A DNA stretch of 63,666 bases, the filler included, from Reticulomyxa filosa (Eukaryota > Protista > Foraminifera): the NCBI GenBank assembly GCA_000512085.1. It is 17 parts of 17 records of this genome, joined end to end, with 100 filler letters (N's around TTAATTAATTAA, not from the genome) between each part and the next. Parts side by side here need not be neighbours in the genome. Positions count along the whole stretch, not along the records: positions 47,921 to 49,624 come from ASPP01003254.1; positions 49,725 to 51,296 come from ASPP01010362.1; positions 51,397 to 52,659 come from ASPP01023065.1; positions 52,760 to 54,228 come from ASPP01000157.1; positions 54,329 to 56,528 come from ASPP01013439.1; positions 56,629 to 63,666 come from ASPP01028004.1; 11 more parts are not named here. One strand, given 5' to 3'. The notes under the pieces are model-generated. The model worked only from the letters and a program-made list of their open reading frames with translations. It ran no database searches and was not told the origin of the DNA. How positions within the stretch are numbered: position 1 is the stretch's first letter; each line of letters opens with the position of its first letter. This document shows, in pieces, positions 47,921 through 60,038 of this stretch. A program made the translations under genes and the position numbers.

Positions 47921-48792
47921 AAATAATTTTTCAAACCTGCTTTCATTACTGATACTGCAGCGAGGAGTAGGTTTTTTAGAAGATTATCTTGCAAGCAAGG
48001 TTCAATACGATTTAATCTTGTATGTCCTAAAAAGAATGTTTTAAGGGCACAATTTTTTCATTGGAGGACCCTGTTCACACTTGGGACGTATCATTTTTTC
48101 AATAACAAAAAATTTATTAACAGTTTGATTCTTTTTAAGTGAATTAAATGAAGTAAATGTGTCCTCGACCAATAAAAAATAGCTAAAGCATTTTTCTTTT
48201 CTCATCTACATTCTGTTTGCAAATTTTAAACTCATTTTGATATCTTCTAGATATTGTTGCATTAAAGATTTATTTATAGTTAGAAATGATTAGTCCAAAT
48301 TTTTGATTAAAGAAAACATTTTTTTCATCACTGAATTATATAAATAAAAATTAATTGCTATGTTGTAGACAATGTATTTCACTTGTAGATTGAGTTGTTA
48401 TATGACAGGAACAGCAAATTTTTAGTGCTTTTGATATCCTGCGTATTTATGCACTACAAAGTTGTTTTATTTGTTCAATGATAATTACCCTTTATGATTA
48501 AATTTACAAAAGCATACAAAACAAAACTGCCAAAGATAAAACTTTGTGTATAATCAGTTGTTAATCTGGTCAATGATAAAACATTCTTACAAATTAATAA
48601 ACAATAAAATAAAAAAATATAATGACCTTGGAAGATAATTTGACTTGTTATGTTCACTTTTACATAAAATGTAAGTCTGCAATAAAAAAAATACAAGAAA
48701 AAGTTTATAATTTATTACAGATTTTTAATTAAATCAATTTTTTCTTTCTAATAGTTTGTTTGCTATTAATTGTCTTAATAAGATAACCCTTT

Positions 48793-48985
48793 TGCGTAAC
48801 ATTTTCTTATCCCAATGGACTGGGAGTACAAATCCAAATTGGCGATGACAAGTCTTATACATTTGACTTTGCATTAACCAAAAAGTATCTAAAAAACTAT
48901 ATTTACGACACCGCTGTCCGGTCACTAATGAATCCATTTTCGGAGGGGTACAATGCTACGATCATTGCGTATGGACAAACAGTTG
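48793..48985 (+). pseudogene. Kinesin motor-domain fragment (kinesin-4-like)
   Basis: In-frame QIQIGDDKSYTFDFAL...IYDTAVRSLMNPFSEGYNATIIAYGQT. The GSGKT P-loop half and switch motifs were not found downstream on this contig. Confidence 0.7.
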
Positions 48986-49624
48986 GCAAAAAACGAAGAA
49001 AAAGCGTTTTCATTGTTGGAATTATTTTAATTCCTTGCGAAAATCTATAATGCAGAGATTCGCGACTGCTTGACCGGTTATTTTGACTCGCCAATGCACT
49101 ATAGACAAATAAGTGAGTGACTCTTTTTTTTTTAATGTGATAATAGACTTGCCAAAGGCGATTGGAATGGATTTCATGTAGCTTTGCAGTTGGGCGGATG
49201 TAATATCTACATATATATGTATGTGTGTTTTTGTATAATACTATCAAATGATTCGTAAAGTGCCTGCACACGTTGCACATAGGAAAAAAAAACGAAAAGA
49301 ATAACAGCAAAGACAAAGACAAATAAAAAAATGCAAGAATTAGAAACAGAACAGGCAACTCGAGAAAGGACAAAGATTAAATCACGAAAAATACTCGCGG
49401 GAAAACAAATCGAGATATTGAACTCTTGCAAGTTTGAAACTTTAATTTATATAATCATATAATTTGATGTGATGTATCCAGCAAATGTAGAAGCAATTGG
49501 TTGGCCAAAAGCACAGCTTTAACAAGGCAAGCGTATTACGCAAAAAGCAAAGCCAAAAATTGAGCAATGAGTTGGAAGACGCTCATTTTTGATTTGAGTG
49601 AGGCTGCTTTTGAAATATTGTATC

Positions 49625-49724
49625 NNNNNNNNNNNNNNNNNNNNNNNNNNNNNNNNNNNNNNNNNNNNTTAATTAATTAANNNNNNNNNNNNNNNNNNNN
49701 NNNNNNNNNNNNNNNNNNNNNNNN
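49625..49724. other. Artificial contig linker
   Basis: N44-TTAATTAATTAA-N44. Confidence 0.98.
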
Positions 49725-50515
49725 TTTTTTTTTTTTTGGTTTTGGTTTTTCTCTTCTTTTTTTTCTTCCCCCCCCCCCTTCTTCTTCTGTCGCACTAATC
49801 TCCTTCCCCATAACAATAATAATAATACAATTTTGTCGCGTTGAAACTACTTTAAAAGCGACCAAACAAGTTTTTGTCATCCCGTTAAGGGCCTTTTGTT
49901 TTCATATTCAAAGTCCTATTTGGTTGTGGCGTTTTCAGCGCTCTTTGTCAAAAATCCTACTTTTTCCATTTACAGAAATTCAACATGGATTTTTTCTAAA
50001 AAATTAGGTAACTTTTTACAGTTAATCATAAGCTTTAGCTTGCTATGTTTAAACTATGCAAATTAAAAAGTCGAATGATCTTAACAGATTTTGTTTTGTA
50101 TATTTTGCAATCAAGTTCAAAAGGGGATATCAAAATATGCATTTAAATGTTGGAATTTTCTCAGTAAAAACGTATAAAAACATTTAAAGAACTCAGATTA
50201 AGCAGCCTAAGTTACGCGTTGATACATAACTTCTTCTTGTTATCTAAAAATATCAAAATAAAATTGAAAAACATTATTTAAGGATGACATGAAAGTAATG
50301 AGATATACAAAAAGAACAATCCAAATAGTTTAATATACCCGCTAGTTGAAAAAAATATTCTATTTTTAACATTTGTTACATACCTTACAAATATCTTGCT
50401 GTAGTGAATTGGCGCATGGATCTTTTTCGCATTAGTCAATTTTTATTCAAGACATTCTTTCCAAAACGCCTACTTTAGGAGGCAGAACAAAAAAAAAAGG
50501 GGCCTGTAGCTTATC

Positions 50516-51147
50516 ATGGGAGGTCTTTTTTCCATTTTCAACTCAAATGAGTTGAAAGATTTTGAATTGTTGTGGACACACGACAATATTCCAGAAAATG
50601 TTTGTAAAAAAAAAAAAAAAAGATAAACGTGAGCAAGACTTGTAGGAACTGAAGAGCCTTATGATTGAATGTGTTTTTTGTGTGTGTGTACTTATGAAAA
50701 ACAGGATGCAAAAGTATTTGAAGACGGGCAAGTATTGGCAGAGAAATGTTTTCGTGTGAAAAAGTCATTGGAAGACTATAATGGTTGCAAAGATGTAATA
50801 AAAAGTGCGATGGAATCGAAGCAAGGAACGGAAGAAAACAGGCAAGCAACACGCCGTGCGATGGAAATGGTCGCACCAAATGCCGCTTTATGTGCAGAAT
50901 GGTATGACTGTGCAGTTGAAGTAGGGAATTTTTTTAAGGACAGAGTATTTCCAATACTCGCCAAGCACGTTGATGTAGAGCAAAAAGAAAGCGACAACAA
51001 AGAAGAAAAAAAATCGGAAGAACCCACTGACCTAAGCGAAAAAGGGATTTTATTACATCACGCTTTGATCAGACAAATATGTGAGCTGTTCGATTTCCTC
51101 CTTGCTTTCGACCAACTCAAAATGTTGAAATCGCAAGTCCAAAACGG
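50516..51147 (+). CDS. CYRI/FAM49 (CYFIP-related Rac1 interactor), 3' partial
   Basis: MGGLFS myristoylation-type start; LEDYNGCKDVIKSAM; HALIRQICELFDFLLAFDQLKMLKSQVQN matches the FAM49 (DUF1394) core FD.LKM....IQND. Confidence 0.85.
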
Positions 51148-51296
51148 TATGTTGTATTTGGGATGGGAGGAAGGGGACATTCCGATTTTAGAGATATTAT
51201 ATAGAGTTTTTGTAGTGAACTATTTTAGCGGTGGGGGGGGGGGGGGAGGGGGGATACATCGTTAAAGTTTGAGAAAGTGAACTTTGACTTTGTCTG

Positions 51297-51396
51297 NNNN
51301 NNNNNNNNNNNNNNNNNNNNNNNNNNNNNNNNNNNNNNNNTTAATTAATTAANNNNNNNNNNNNNNNNNNNNNNNNNNNNNNNNNNNNNNNNNNNN
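51297..51396. other. Artificial contig linker
   Basis: N44-TTAATTAATTAA-N44. Confidence 0.98.
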
Positions 51397-51408
51397 TATA
51401 TAATAGAT

Positions 51409-51799
51409 CTTATTGGATGAAGAATCAATTGAAATGGATGCACCGGATATCAATGGCCGAACTCCAATGATGCTGGCGGCTTTATCTGCCTCGGTCCCAT
51501 GTATAGATTTGCTGGCACGTAGTGGTGCACGTTTGGACGCGGTGGACAAACAAAACAACTCGTTGCTGGTCTATGGGGTGGAAAGTGGGTCCATTGAGGT
51601 TGTCAAATATTTGATGCAGCGGTTCAAATATCCCAAATCAGTAGTGCGGCAAGCTCGCACCATTGCCCAATCACGTGGGTTTTTGCCTTTATTAGAACTG
51701 CTGGAAGTCAATGATGAAGATGGAAATGAAACACCTGAGATGGAACAATACAACCATGAAAAAGATTTCAAAAATAATAAGAAAATTGTTCATTCATAG
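51409..51799 (+). CDS. Ankyrin-repeat protein, last exon (5' partial)
   Basis: DINGRTPMMLAA...CIDLLARSGARLDAVDKQNNSLLVYGVESGSIEVVKYL. Confidence 0.85.
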
Positions 51800-52659
51800 A
51801 ACAATTGCCTTCCCACTTCTTTTTGATTTCAAAAAAAAAAAAAAACATCAACAACAAGAAATAAAAACAATTGTAAACACTGGTTCTTGGGTTTTTGTTT
51901 TGATTTTGATTTTTTTTATTTATTTATTTCTTTGTTGTTGATTACGTCAAATTAATTCAGACATTTGCGTTTTTGTTTGATTCAAAATCTTTTTTTGTTT
52001 TTTTTTGAGCAGTATTTTTTTTTCATTTTTTAGATCTGTTTGTTGATTGTGTGGATTTTGTTTTGTGCTCTTTTTTTTTTTTTTATTTTGTTTTGTTTTG
52101 TTTTGCCTTTTTTTTCCTCACCAGATGAATCAACTAATATCTGACCTTCCAATTTTTGTTACCCCCAAACAAGAAACCAGGATCTGATCAGGAAGCATGT
52201 TGTTGTGTAGAAATGATTTTCGTGTTTGAAAGCAAGAAATTTGTGAAAATTTAAATTCAAGAGATAAAATCATCAATACGGCTATTCCACTCACAAAAAA
52301 ACTACGAGCAAACACGATCACGATTCTTTCATAAACATTCACAAATCTGATCATTTGTCGGTTTCTGTGCTAAATAGCAAGTGCACTCATGAAAATGAGG
52401 AAGGTAACAAACAACTGGAAGCATGGAACAAAAATGTAAATGTTCAAAAAAAAAAAGAGGCAATCTGGAATACCAAAGCCAATACGTTTTGAAAATCAAA
52501 TGAGTGTATTTGCCATATAAAGACTACATATCAATTGGAGATGGGTATGTCTTTGTTTTCTTTGCGTCAAGTGTTATGTATACTTGCTTAAAACGACTGG
52601 ATGACAATTATTGATTTATTTGAACAAACACCTAAATCACGGCACATCAACTAAATGTG

Positions 52660-52759
52660 NNNNNNNNNNNNNNNNNNNNNNNNNNNNNNNNNNNNNNNNN
52701 NNNTTAATTAATTAANNNNNNNNNNNNNNNNNNNNNNNNNNNNNNNNNNNNNNNNNNNN
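52660..52759. other. Artificial contig linker
   Basis: N44-TTAATTAATTAA-N44. Confidence 0.98.
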
Positions 52760-52920
52760 CTGTTTCAATTATAGATTACAACGATAAGTAAAATAAAGAG
52801 TAAAAACTTAAAGATAAGTTAGACTCAACTTTAATTGATAAGTTTAAGTTCATTCTTGTAACTTTTTTTAGTTTTCTCTTGAGATGTTCTTTGATGATGT
52901 AAGATGAACTTTTTTTATGA
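52760..52920 (-). other. 5' end (first exon, intron, upstream) of another WD40-family paralogue
   Basis: Close nucleotide match to 2880-3040 (tgtttcaatta...ttgataagtttaagttcattcttg...tttgatgatg). Confidence 0.7.
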
Positions 52921-53584
52921 AAGGAAAACTAAACTAAGAATTATTTTGAAATGAAAATTCTACAATGCAAAAATTTTCAAATTAAAAAATATTTATAATA
53001 GAAGGGCAATATAATGTTACTTATTTTGTGAATTTTTTATTAATATGTGTGCTTTTCTTTGAGCAATCAATTGTTCAAAAACAGAATAAAGTCTTCAATT
53101 CAATTTCTTTTTTTTATGTAAAGCAGAAGCATTTCTTATTTGAAGATGTTCTTGTTCAAAAATAAATCCAAACTTCCTTCCCTTTCTAAGAAAAGAGTTC
53201 ACGTGAATAATGCAATCTATAGTAAAAACAGGCTAAAAAAAAGTTAAAAGCAAAGAACTTTTAATAATTCGTCTGAGCAATAAAAAGTGTGCAATTCTCA
53301 AGTTTTTTATGTTTATAATTTTAGTTGAAAAACAACAAAGAAAGAAAGAAATGTATTGAATTATTTGCTTTTGAATGTTTTATTTAGAGAGATGCACTTG
53401 TTTATATGATAAAATTAAATGATATTTTCCTTTTTCCTTTTTTGTTTAGATCAACTGATAGTCATTGAATAATGTTGTGAATAATGAAAAAACAATTGAA
53501 ATAAAAGGTAATAATTTTCGAAAGAGTGTTGATCTATAACTATTCAAAATTGCATTCAATGGAATATACAAAGAGAAAATGATT

Positions 53585-53885
53585 TAAACATTTGAAGGAC
53601 GTACACATTTTGTAAAAAAGATACAACTTTCATCAGATGGCTCTAAATTTATATCATAACACAATTGGAGTATGCGATATACCATCTAAAAAATTAGCTG
53701 TTTTTATTCGAAGAAAATAAAGATAAGATTTTCTCCAGTCACGTCTTGCCTGAAAGATAAGACAATTCTATTATATGCTATTAAAATATTACAATGATAT
53801 TCTAACAATATAAGAGAAATATAAATTTCATCAGATGGTTCTAAAGTTATTTCATATTCAAATGACAAAACTATTCAATTTAAAA
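53585..53885 (+). pseudogene. Decayed WD40 gene of a second subfamily (FSxDGSK type)
   Basis: FEGRTHFVKKIQLSSDGSKF; SCLKDKTILL; ISSDGSKVISYSNDKTIQF, with stops and deletions between them. Confidence 0.7.
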
Positions 53886-54228
53886 AAAAAAAAAACTATG
53901 TTTGATTCAAAAGAAGATGAAAAATCCTTCATTTTTTTATTTTCGAAAAACATCATCCTATCTTCACACACAAAAGTCATTTACGATATACAGACTTATT
54001 CAACTATTTCAAATTAATTCATAAAAATTTGTCATTTAAGTAATTTATGGAATTTATAATGTTTCAAAGACTGACACTCTTCAAGCTTAGCAAAGCAGCA
54101 AACATTCTTTAAAACCAAAATATTTTTGAAAAACCCTTTCATTGTCCTTGAGAGAAAAAAGTTCAATAGCTTTCATTTTACATCATCAAAAACGATCTTA
54201 AGAAAAAAAACAAATGACAACTCTTAGT

Positions 54229-54328
54229 NNNNNNNNNNNNNNNNNNNNNNNNNNNNNNNNNNNNNNNNNNNNTTAATTAATTAANNNNNNNNNNNNNNNN
54301 NNNNNNNNNNNNNNNNNNNNNNNNNNNN
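54229..54328. other. Artificial contig linker
   Basis: N44-TTAATTAATTAA-N44. Confidence 0.98.
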
Positions 54329-56480
54329 CGACACACAATGGGCATTTTTTGAAAAAAGATCAAACAAAAGGCGAGTCGTATTTGGAATCGCTGCTGAAGC
54401 ATTTTTTGTCGAATGTGCAAATGAATATAACCAACGTTCACATTCGATACCAAGACTTCACCACGGTGCCCTACCATCCCTTTGCCTTTGGCGTGACTTT
54501 GGGGAGACTCACGGTCATCAACTTGACCGGCAAAGACGACTTTGATAAGCAAGCTGAGAAGGCAGATGACAATGCTGATGAAGAAGAGGAAGAAGAAGGA
54601 AAGAAGAAGAAAGAGAAGGAGAAGGAGAAGGAGAAGGAGAAGAAGATGAACAAAAAAGTATTGACACCAAAGACAATGCTGATGATAAACGCTCCGTTCA
54701 TGACCTTGATCAAGAATCATCGGAAGAAAATAGTTTCGTATATGTACATATATATTATATACATTTATATATTATGTGTACATGCACAATATACATATAT
54801 GTATATATTATGTATTTGTATGTTTTTTTTTTTTTAGCTTTTCTTTACTTTTGTTTATTTACAAAAAAAAAAAATATGTACAAATAAAAAAAAAAAAAAA
54901 ATGATAGAAGATTCGGATGAGCACTCAGATGGGGAACACGGCCCGAAAGAAGGATCGAAACAAGAAAAGACAGACAGCGGACCGACGTTAAAAGAATCGA
55001 GCAAACAACAAGAATTGAATAACAAGACGAATGAAGCGGGACAGAGCATATCTAAGAAGATAACGTTTCAAAACTTGGCAGTGTACATAAACACGGCAGA
55101 AGCAGAGTCTCCAGACACGGATAGGTCAAAGTCGCGCCATTCGAGAAATAAGCAGTCGCGGACGAATGTGTTGCAACAAGAGGACAAAGTGTATTGGAAT
55201 GACGAGCATTTATCGGACGCACAAATCATAGCGAAATTGGAAGTAATTCCAACGCAAGACTATCGGCCTCGCGATTATGACTTCATTTTGTCGCCATTGT
55301 CATTGGATTTCATTATGTATTCGAACACGCAGGTCCATTACTACATCCACACCTACCCGGACAACCCACTCAAATGGAAGCCCAAAACCGAGTGCAAAAT
55401 ACTTATGCATCGACTCAACATTACCGCGAACAAAGTCCAACTCAATACTATCCAAGCGTGGTTGGAAGCATGGAAGTTTGTGGCAGCTCGAATGCAAGTG
55501 TGTTCCTTCCCCCCCCTCTTTTTTTTTTTTAAAAAAAAAAAAATCTCCCCCTTTGTATTCTATTGCATTGCATTGCATTGCGTTATGCATTTCTCAAATA
55601 AAAATGCATACATTTTTTTTTTTTTTGAATTAACAAAGCTGGAACAAGTGCTATTGAACACAAAGAAGTTACGTCCAATGGAAAAGCCAAAGACAAACGC
55701 GAAAGGTTGGTGGCGCTATACCTCCCAATGCATCATCGACTTGCAACGGACGGCGAAGAACGAGCGCAGCACGACCATGATGGAAGACATGGTGCGATCC
55801 AAACTCAACGACAATTTTCGCAATCGAAAGAAAACGTACATGGACTTGTACAAGCGCAAGATGAGGCCTGCTCAACATGTGTCGTGGTTGGATGATTTGA
55901 ATCCACAAGAAGTGAAAAAATTGGAAGAAATGGAAGAAAGGTTTTTTGTTTGTTTTTTTGAATTGTTGGAATATTATATATATGTATATATGTATATATC
56001 TATGTATATATCTATGTATATGTAATATAGATTTCCAATTGATCAAACTCTTATATTTCGATCGATTGCAATGGCGGAATTGAAAGAGGCCTTGAAGAAA
56101 CGAGAAACCATTCAACAAGAGAAAATGAAAGAAAAAGAAGAAAAAATGAAAGACTCGTATCGCGTGACTCGATGGCTGAACTATGCGCAGGCCTACATGA
56201 CTCAAGAGGAAGAGTTTGCAAGCGACTATCAGCTGACTGCGGAAGAAGAGCAGCGCATGATTCAACAGCTAGACATTTTCGCGGAGATGGCTCAAATGAA
56301 GCTGCCGCACGACTATGTCGAGCATCGCATTAGCGTCAACTTGGACAGTGTTTGGCTCGATTTGTTCGACCGCAAACTCCGCGTCGCCACTTTGCGAATT
56401 TCCACCAAAACCCAAGTGCAAGTTCGGCCTACGTCGATGTTAATTGGATTGGCCATTCATCAAATCGAATTAAAACCTGG
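54329..56480 (+). CDS. VPS13: VPS13 family lipid-transfer protein, N-terminal (chorein) region fragment
   Basis: SNVQMNITNVHIRYQD...HPFAFGVTL; KKITFQNLAVY; FILSPLS; RP..KPKTNAKGWWRY; YMDLYK; IFRSIA. Confidence 0.9.
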
Positions 56481-56528
56481 TTTTTTTTTTTTTTTTTTTT
56501 AAATCACTTCAACTTTTCCAATCGACAC

Positions 56529-56628
56529 NNNNNNNNNNNNNNNNNNNNNNNNNNNNNNNNNNNNNNNNNNNNTTAATTAATTAANNNNNNNNNNNNNNNN
56601 NNNNNNNNNNNNNNNNNNNNNNNNNNNN
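56529..56628. other. Artificial contig linker
   Basis: N44-TTAATTAATTAA-N44. Confidence 0.98.
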
Positions 56629-57802
56629 TATAACACGAAAGAAGATGATTTAATACTTTATCTAAAGTGACTTGATTTAAAAAAATAGTACTTGTCATGA
56701 TTGCAAATGCCTTTTTTTTTAAACTACGTAAGATGTTCAAACAGTTTGTGATTAAGATTCTTGCAGAACAAGTCTATATAACTTGGAGCATTCTGTTTGA
56801 TTCAAATTATGTTGCGTACTTCCACTTTCATACGATGTTTTCTTAGTTTTTAAAAAGGGTAGTTTCTAATCCAAAATTAATACCGAGTTTTTTACTTTTT
56901 CATCAAAATGTGCTGGAAAAAGATACAAATTACTTGAATGTAGATGATTCATTAATTTTTAAAAAATATTATAATTGATTCAACCAAAGAAATGCAAATT
57001 TCATTTAAAAGATTTTTGAAAGCTCTTCACAATTTTCGATATAAAATCATTTCTATTTCATCAGTTTCCTCTTGATTCTGTTATTTGATAAAGAAATATT
57101 AATAAAAATTGTAACTTTTTGATATTGTAGTTATTTTTTTAAATAGAAAAATGACAAACTTATGTCTGTAGTGCAATGCCCTACTAATTACAGTAGAAGC
57201 TTCATATAAACGAGTGAACCCTTTTTTTCCTCAACAACCTTCACTGTCTTTCTTCTTTCGCTTTTTTGTTTTCTTATTTCTTGTCAGTGAGTTGTTTATC
57301 TTGGTTATTTAATTACTTTTGTTTGTCTTTTGAAAAAACCTTTAAGTAATTACTTTCTTATTACACTTGGTGCTACATCATTTCCTACATGTCTAATAAA
57401 TTTAAGCTGTCGTCTAGACAACTTAAAATAGTTATAAACAATGTTAACTATTCAACGTTTGCTGATTGAAAATAAGAATAAATTTTATACAATTAATGGA
57501 AATTAAATTAAAAATATAAAGGCATTTTATGTACAAATATAAATTATTGTTCATTCATCGACGCAAATACATGCCCATTTCCAGCAGCAGAAGGCACAAC
57601 AACAAAACAAAACAAAAAATAGCGTAGTCACTATGACTTTGTTGTGATTTGATCAATACCAATATAAGCTTTTTCTTGGTTCATTTCAAGAAATATTTCT
57701 TAGAATCAAGCATTAATGAAAGAAACGTGTTGTGCAAGCTTTTGAGACCAAAACTTTCTGTTAAGTTTTTTTTCCAAAAATAAGTGTGCCCTGCTTAAAT
57801 AA

Positions 57803-59228
57803 ATGGCAGCTGTGAGATCAAATCTCAAGTCTCTATGCTGGGGTCGAATAGAAAATTGTCTCTTATCTTGTATGTTACTTTGCAGATTTTTAAGTACAAA
57901 ATCAATTTGACAAAATAGGAACATGGGCTTGTCACTTACAAAAACGTTATCGGAGCGACTTTGCCAAGTTGAGACGCAGACAATCTAGATTGGAACTGAA
58001 TCGTTTAGAGCAAGCTTATGATGAAAAAGTTGCCGAAGATATGTCATTTCTAAAAAAGTTGGATAAAGGTGTGGAATTTTTTTTTTTTTTTTTTTTTATT
58101 TTTTAAAAAGGGGGGGATACAACGAAAAAAACAGAAAATTCTGATCTCTGACTATTTGGAAGAGAGACTTGTGTGTATGTTTTGAGTACCCTATGAGGCG
58201 GTGAATGGTGAGGGTTTTCCAAAGCCTAGTTATCATGCACATCAAGAGGATCCACTGGGCGGAGAAAGACGACCATTTGTACGAGGCAAAGCGGAACCAT
58301 ATCCGATTCCCCCGTTCAACGAGGTGAGACCGGAGCCATTGCTTGTGTGGAACGATTTTCAAGAGCGTTATGAGCTCCGCGACAAACGTATACTCAGTGA
58401 AAAAACAAAGAGGACACTATTGTCGATGCATCGACGATCTCCTCAGAAATGGAACAAAGAAGCTCTGAGCAAAAAGCTTGGGCTGTCTATGGAAACCATT
58501 GATTTCATCTTTTGGGAAGATGAAATGCGTCGAAAATATAAAATCCCTTATGACTTGGATACAATAAAATTGTTGGAAGCCTACTGTGGGACTGATGACG
58601 TGTTGGAATCGAGAGTTATTTTATTATTATTATTATTATTTATTATTATTATTATTATTTGTTTCACTCTTTCTTTTTTGTCCATATTTATTTCAATGTG
58701 CAAGTGCATGTTCGAATATAGACCTATGCGATGATGGCATACAGTCAAGTGACTGGTGATCCGTACTTCACCAGTGGTCGATTGAGATCGGGATCTCCTT
58801 TGCTTCTTCCGACAGAAGAGTTGGACGAACACTTGTATTCGTGGCAAAGGAAGCAACAATACAAACCAAACTTACGTAAAGACCACTATGAACTGATCCC
58901 ACAAAATGGAAGTGGCAGTGGAAAAATCATTGACACATATCCTCGACGTCTTGACGCCAAATCCAATTACATGATTGTTGATATTGGAGAAGACGATATT
59001 CGACAGGCTCACGATGAACATATGAATGTCAAAATCAGAGAATCCAATGGCCATATACGCTGGGCGACTGTGGAAGAGTGCAATTTTGCACACATGAAGG
59101 AATATCCAAAGGGATTTTCACCTCATGATCGAATACGCTCCAAACGCAGAGAACAAATGAGGGCAAGACGCAAATTCCCGAAAAAACCTTTCATTGATAC
59201 AAGATTTGTTGAACATCATTGGTGGTAG
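57803..59228 (+). CDS. Probable mitochondrial ribosomal small-subunit protein mS45 (Bot1/GCD1-like)
   Basis: LSEKTKRTLLSMHRRSPQKWNKEALSKKLGLSMETIDFIFW (helix-turn-helix-like block) and C-terminal MIVDIG...VKIRESNGHIRWATVEE. Basic N-terminus. Confidence 0.6.
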
Positions 59229-60038
59229 TTTGTTAATTATTTGCATTGTCTAAAATGCAAATGTTAAAATTAAAATTGTCAATCTTCTCAATTTTCTGAC
59301 TTATGCAGCCGAACTTTCTTTGTTCATCTAGTCATTGATCTATTTCTCGAAACTCAAATCTGTCCGTGTTTTTTTAATTGCCTAAGCAAATTATCACAAG
59401 TTTACTATTTTGATAATTGTACCTACAATACGCACTATCTTCAGACACAAAGCGAGATACAACTTTTAAAAGTCAGACTGTTTTTGACATTTATATTACT
59501 TCACTCTTTCTTGCCAGTTAATTGATCAAAAAATTAGACCTTGACTGTCTTATGAAATAATGTCATTTTAATTACTACTGGCATGTTTTAATTTTGAATA
59601 TCATTAACATTTAAAGCAATAATCAAAAATTCGATAGCAATGATTAAGATATCACAATTACTTGTTATGTTTTCACATTTTGTAATTACAAGAATCAGTG
59701 TTGTTTATTCCAAAATTTGATCTTTGTAAGCGTAGTTGATATACATACTCAATTCATGAAATAAAGTCCTGGCTATACTGTGATCTATTTTTGCATTAAG
59801 AAACGATACATCTTCTTGGCTCTGTTTATCCTTTTTGAATTGAATTGTTAGTCTCTTTGCATTAACCACGTTCAATAACTTGATTCAATTTAACTATTTC
59901 AATGACCGTAACATCTCCATCATTTCTAGAACGAATTGTTTCTAAATTTTGTCAAGTCCAAAACCACAGAACTTTTGACGTTCGTCAAAATCCTTTTTAA
60001 ACTAAATTTTCAGAAAAACTTACTATATAATTATAATA

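Noticed and set aside
52130-52659. Possible small minus-strand membrane ORF
   Set aside because: Short, no motif support, truncated by the contig end.
2278-56628. Recurring TTAATTAATTAA flanked by Ns as a repeat array or CRISPR
   Set aside because: Fixed 100-nt length with N padding and six-frame stops marks an artificial concatenation linker.
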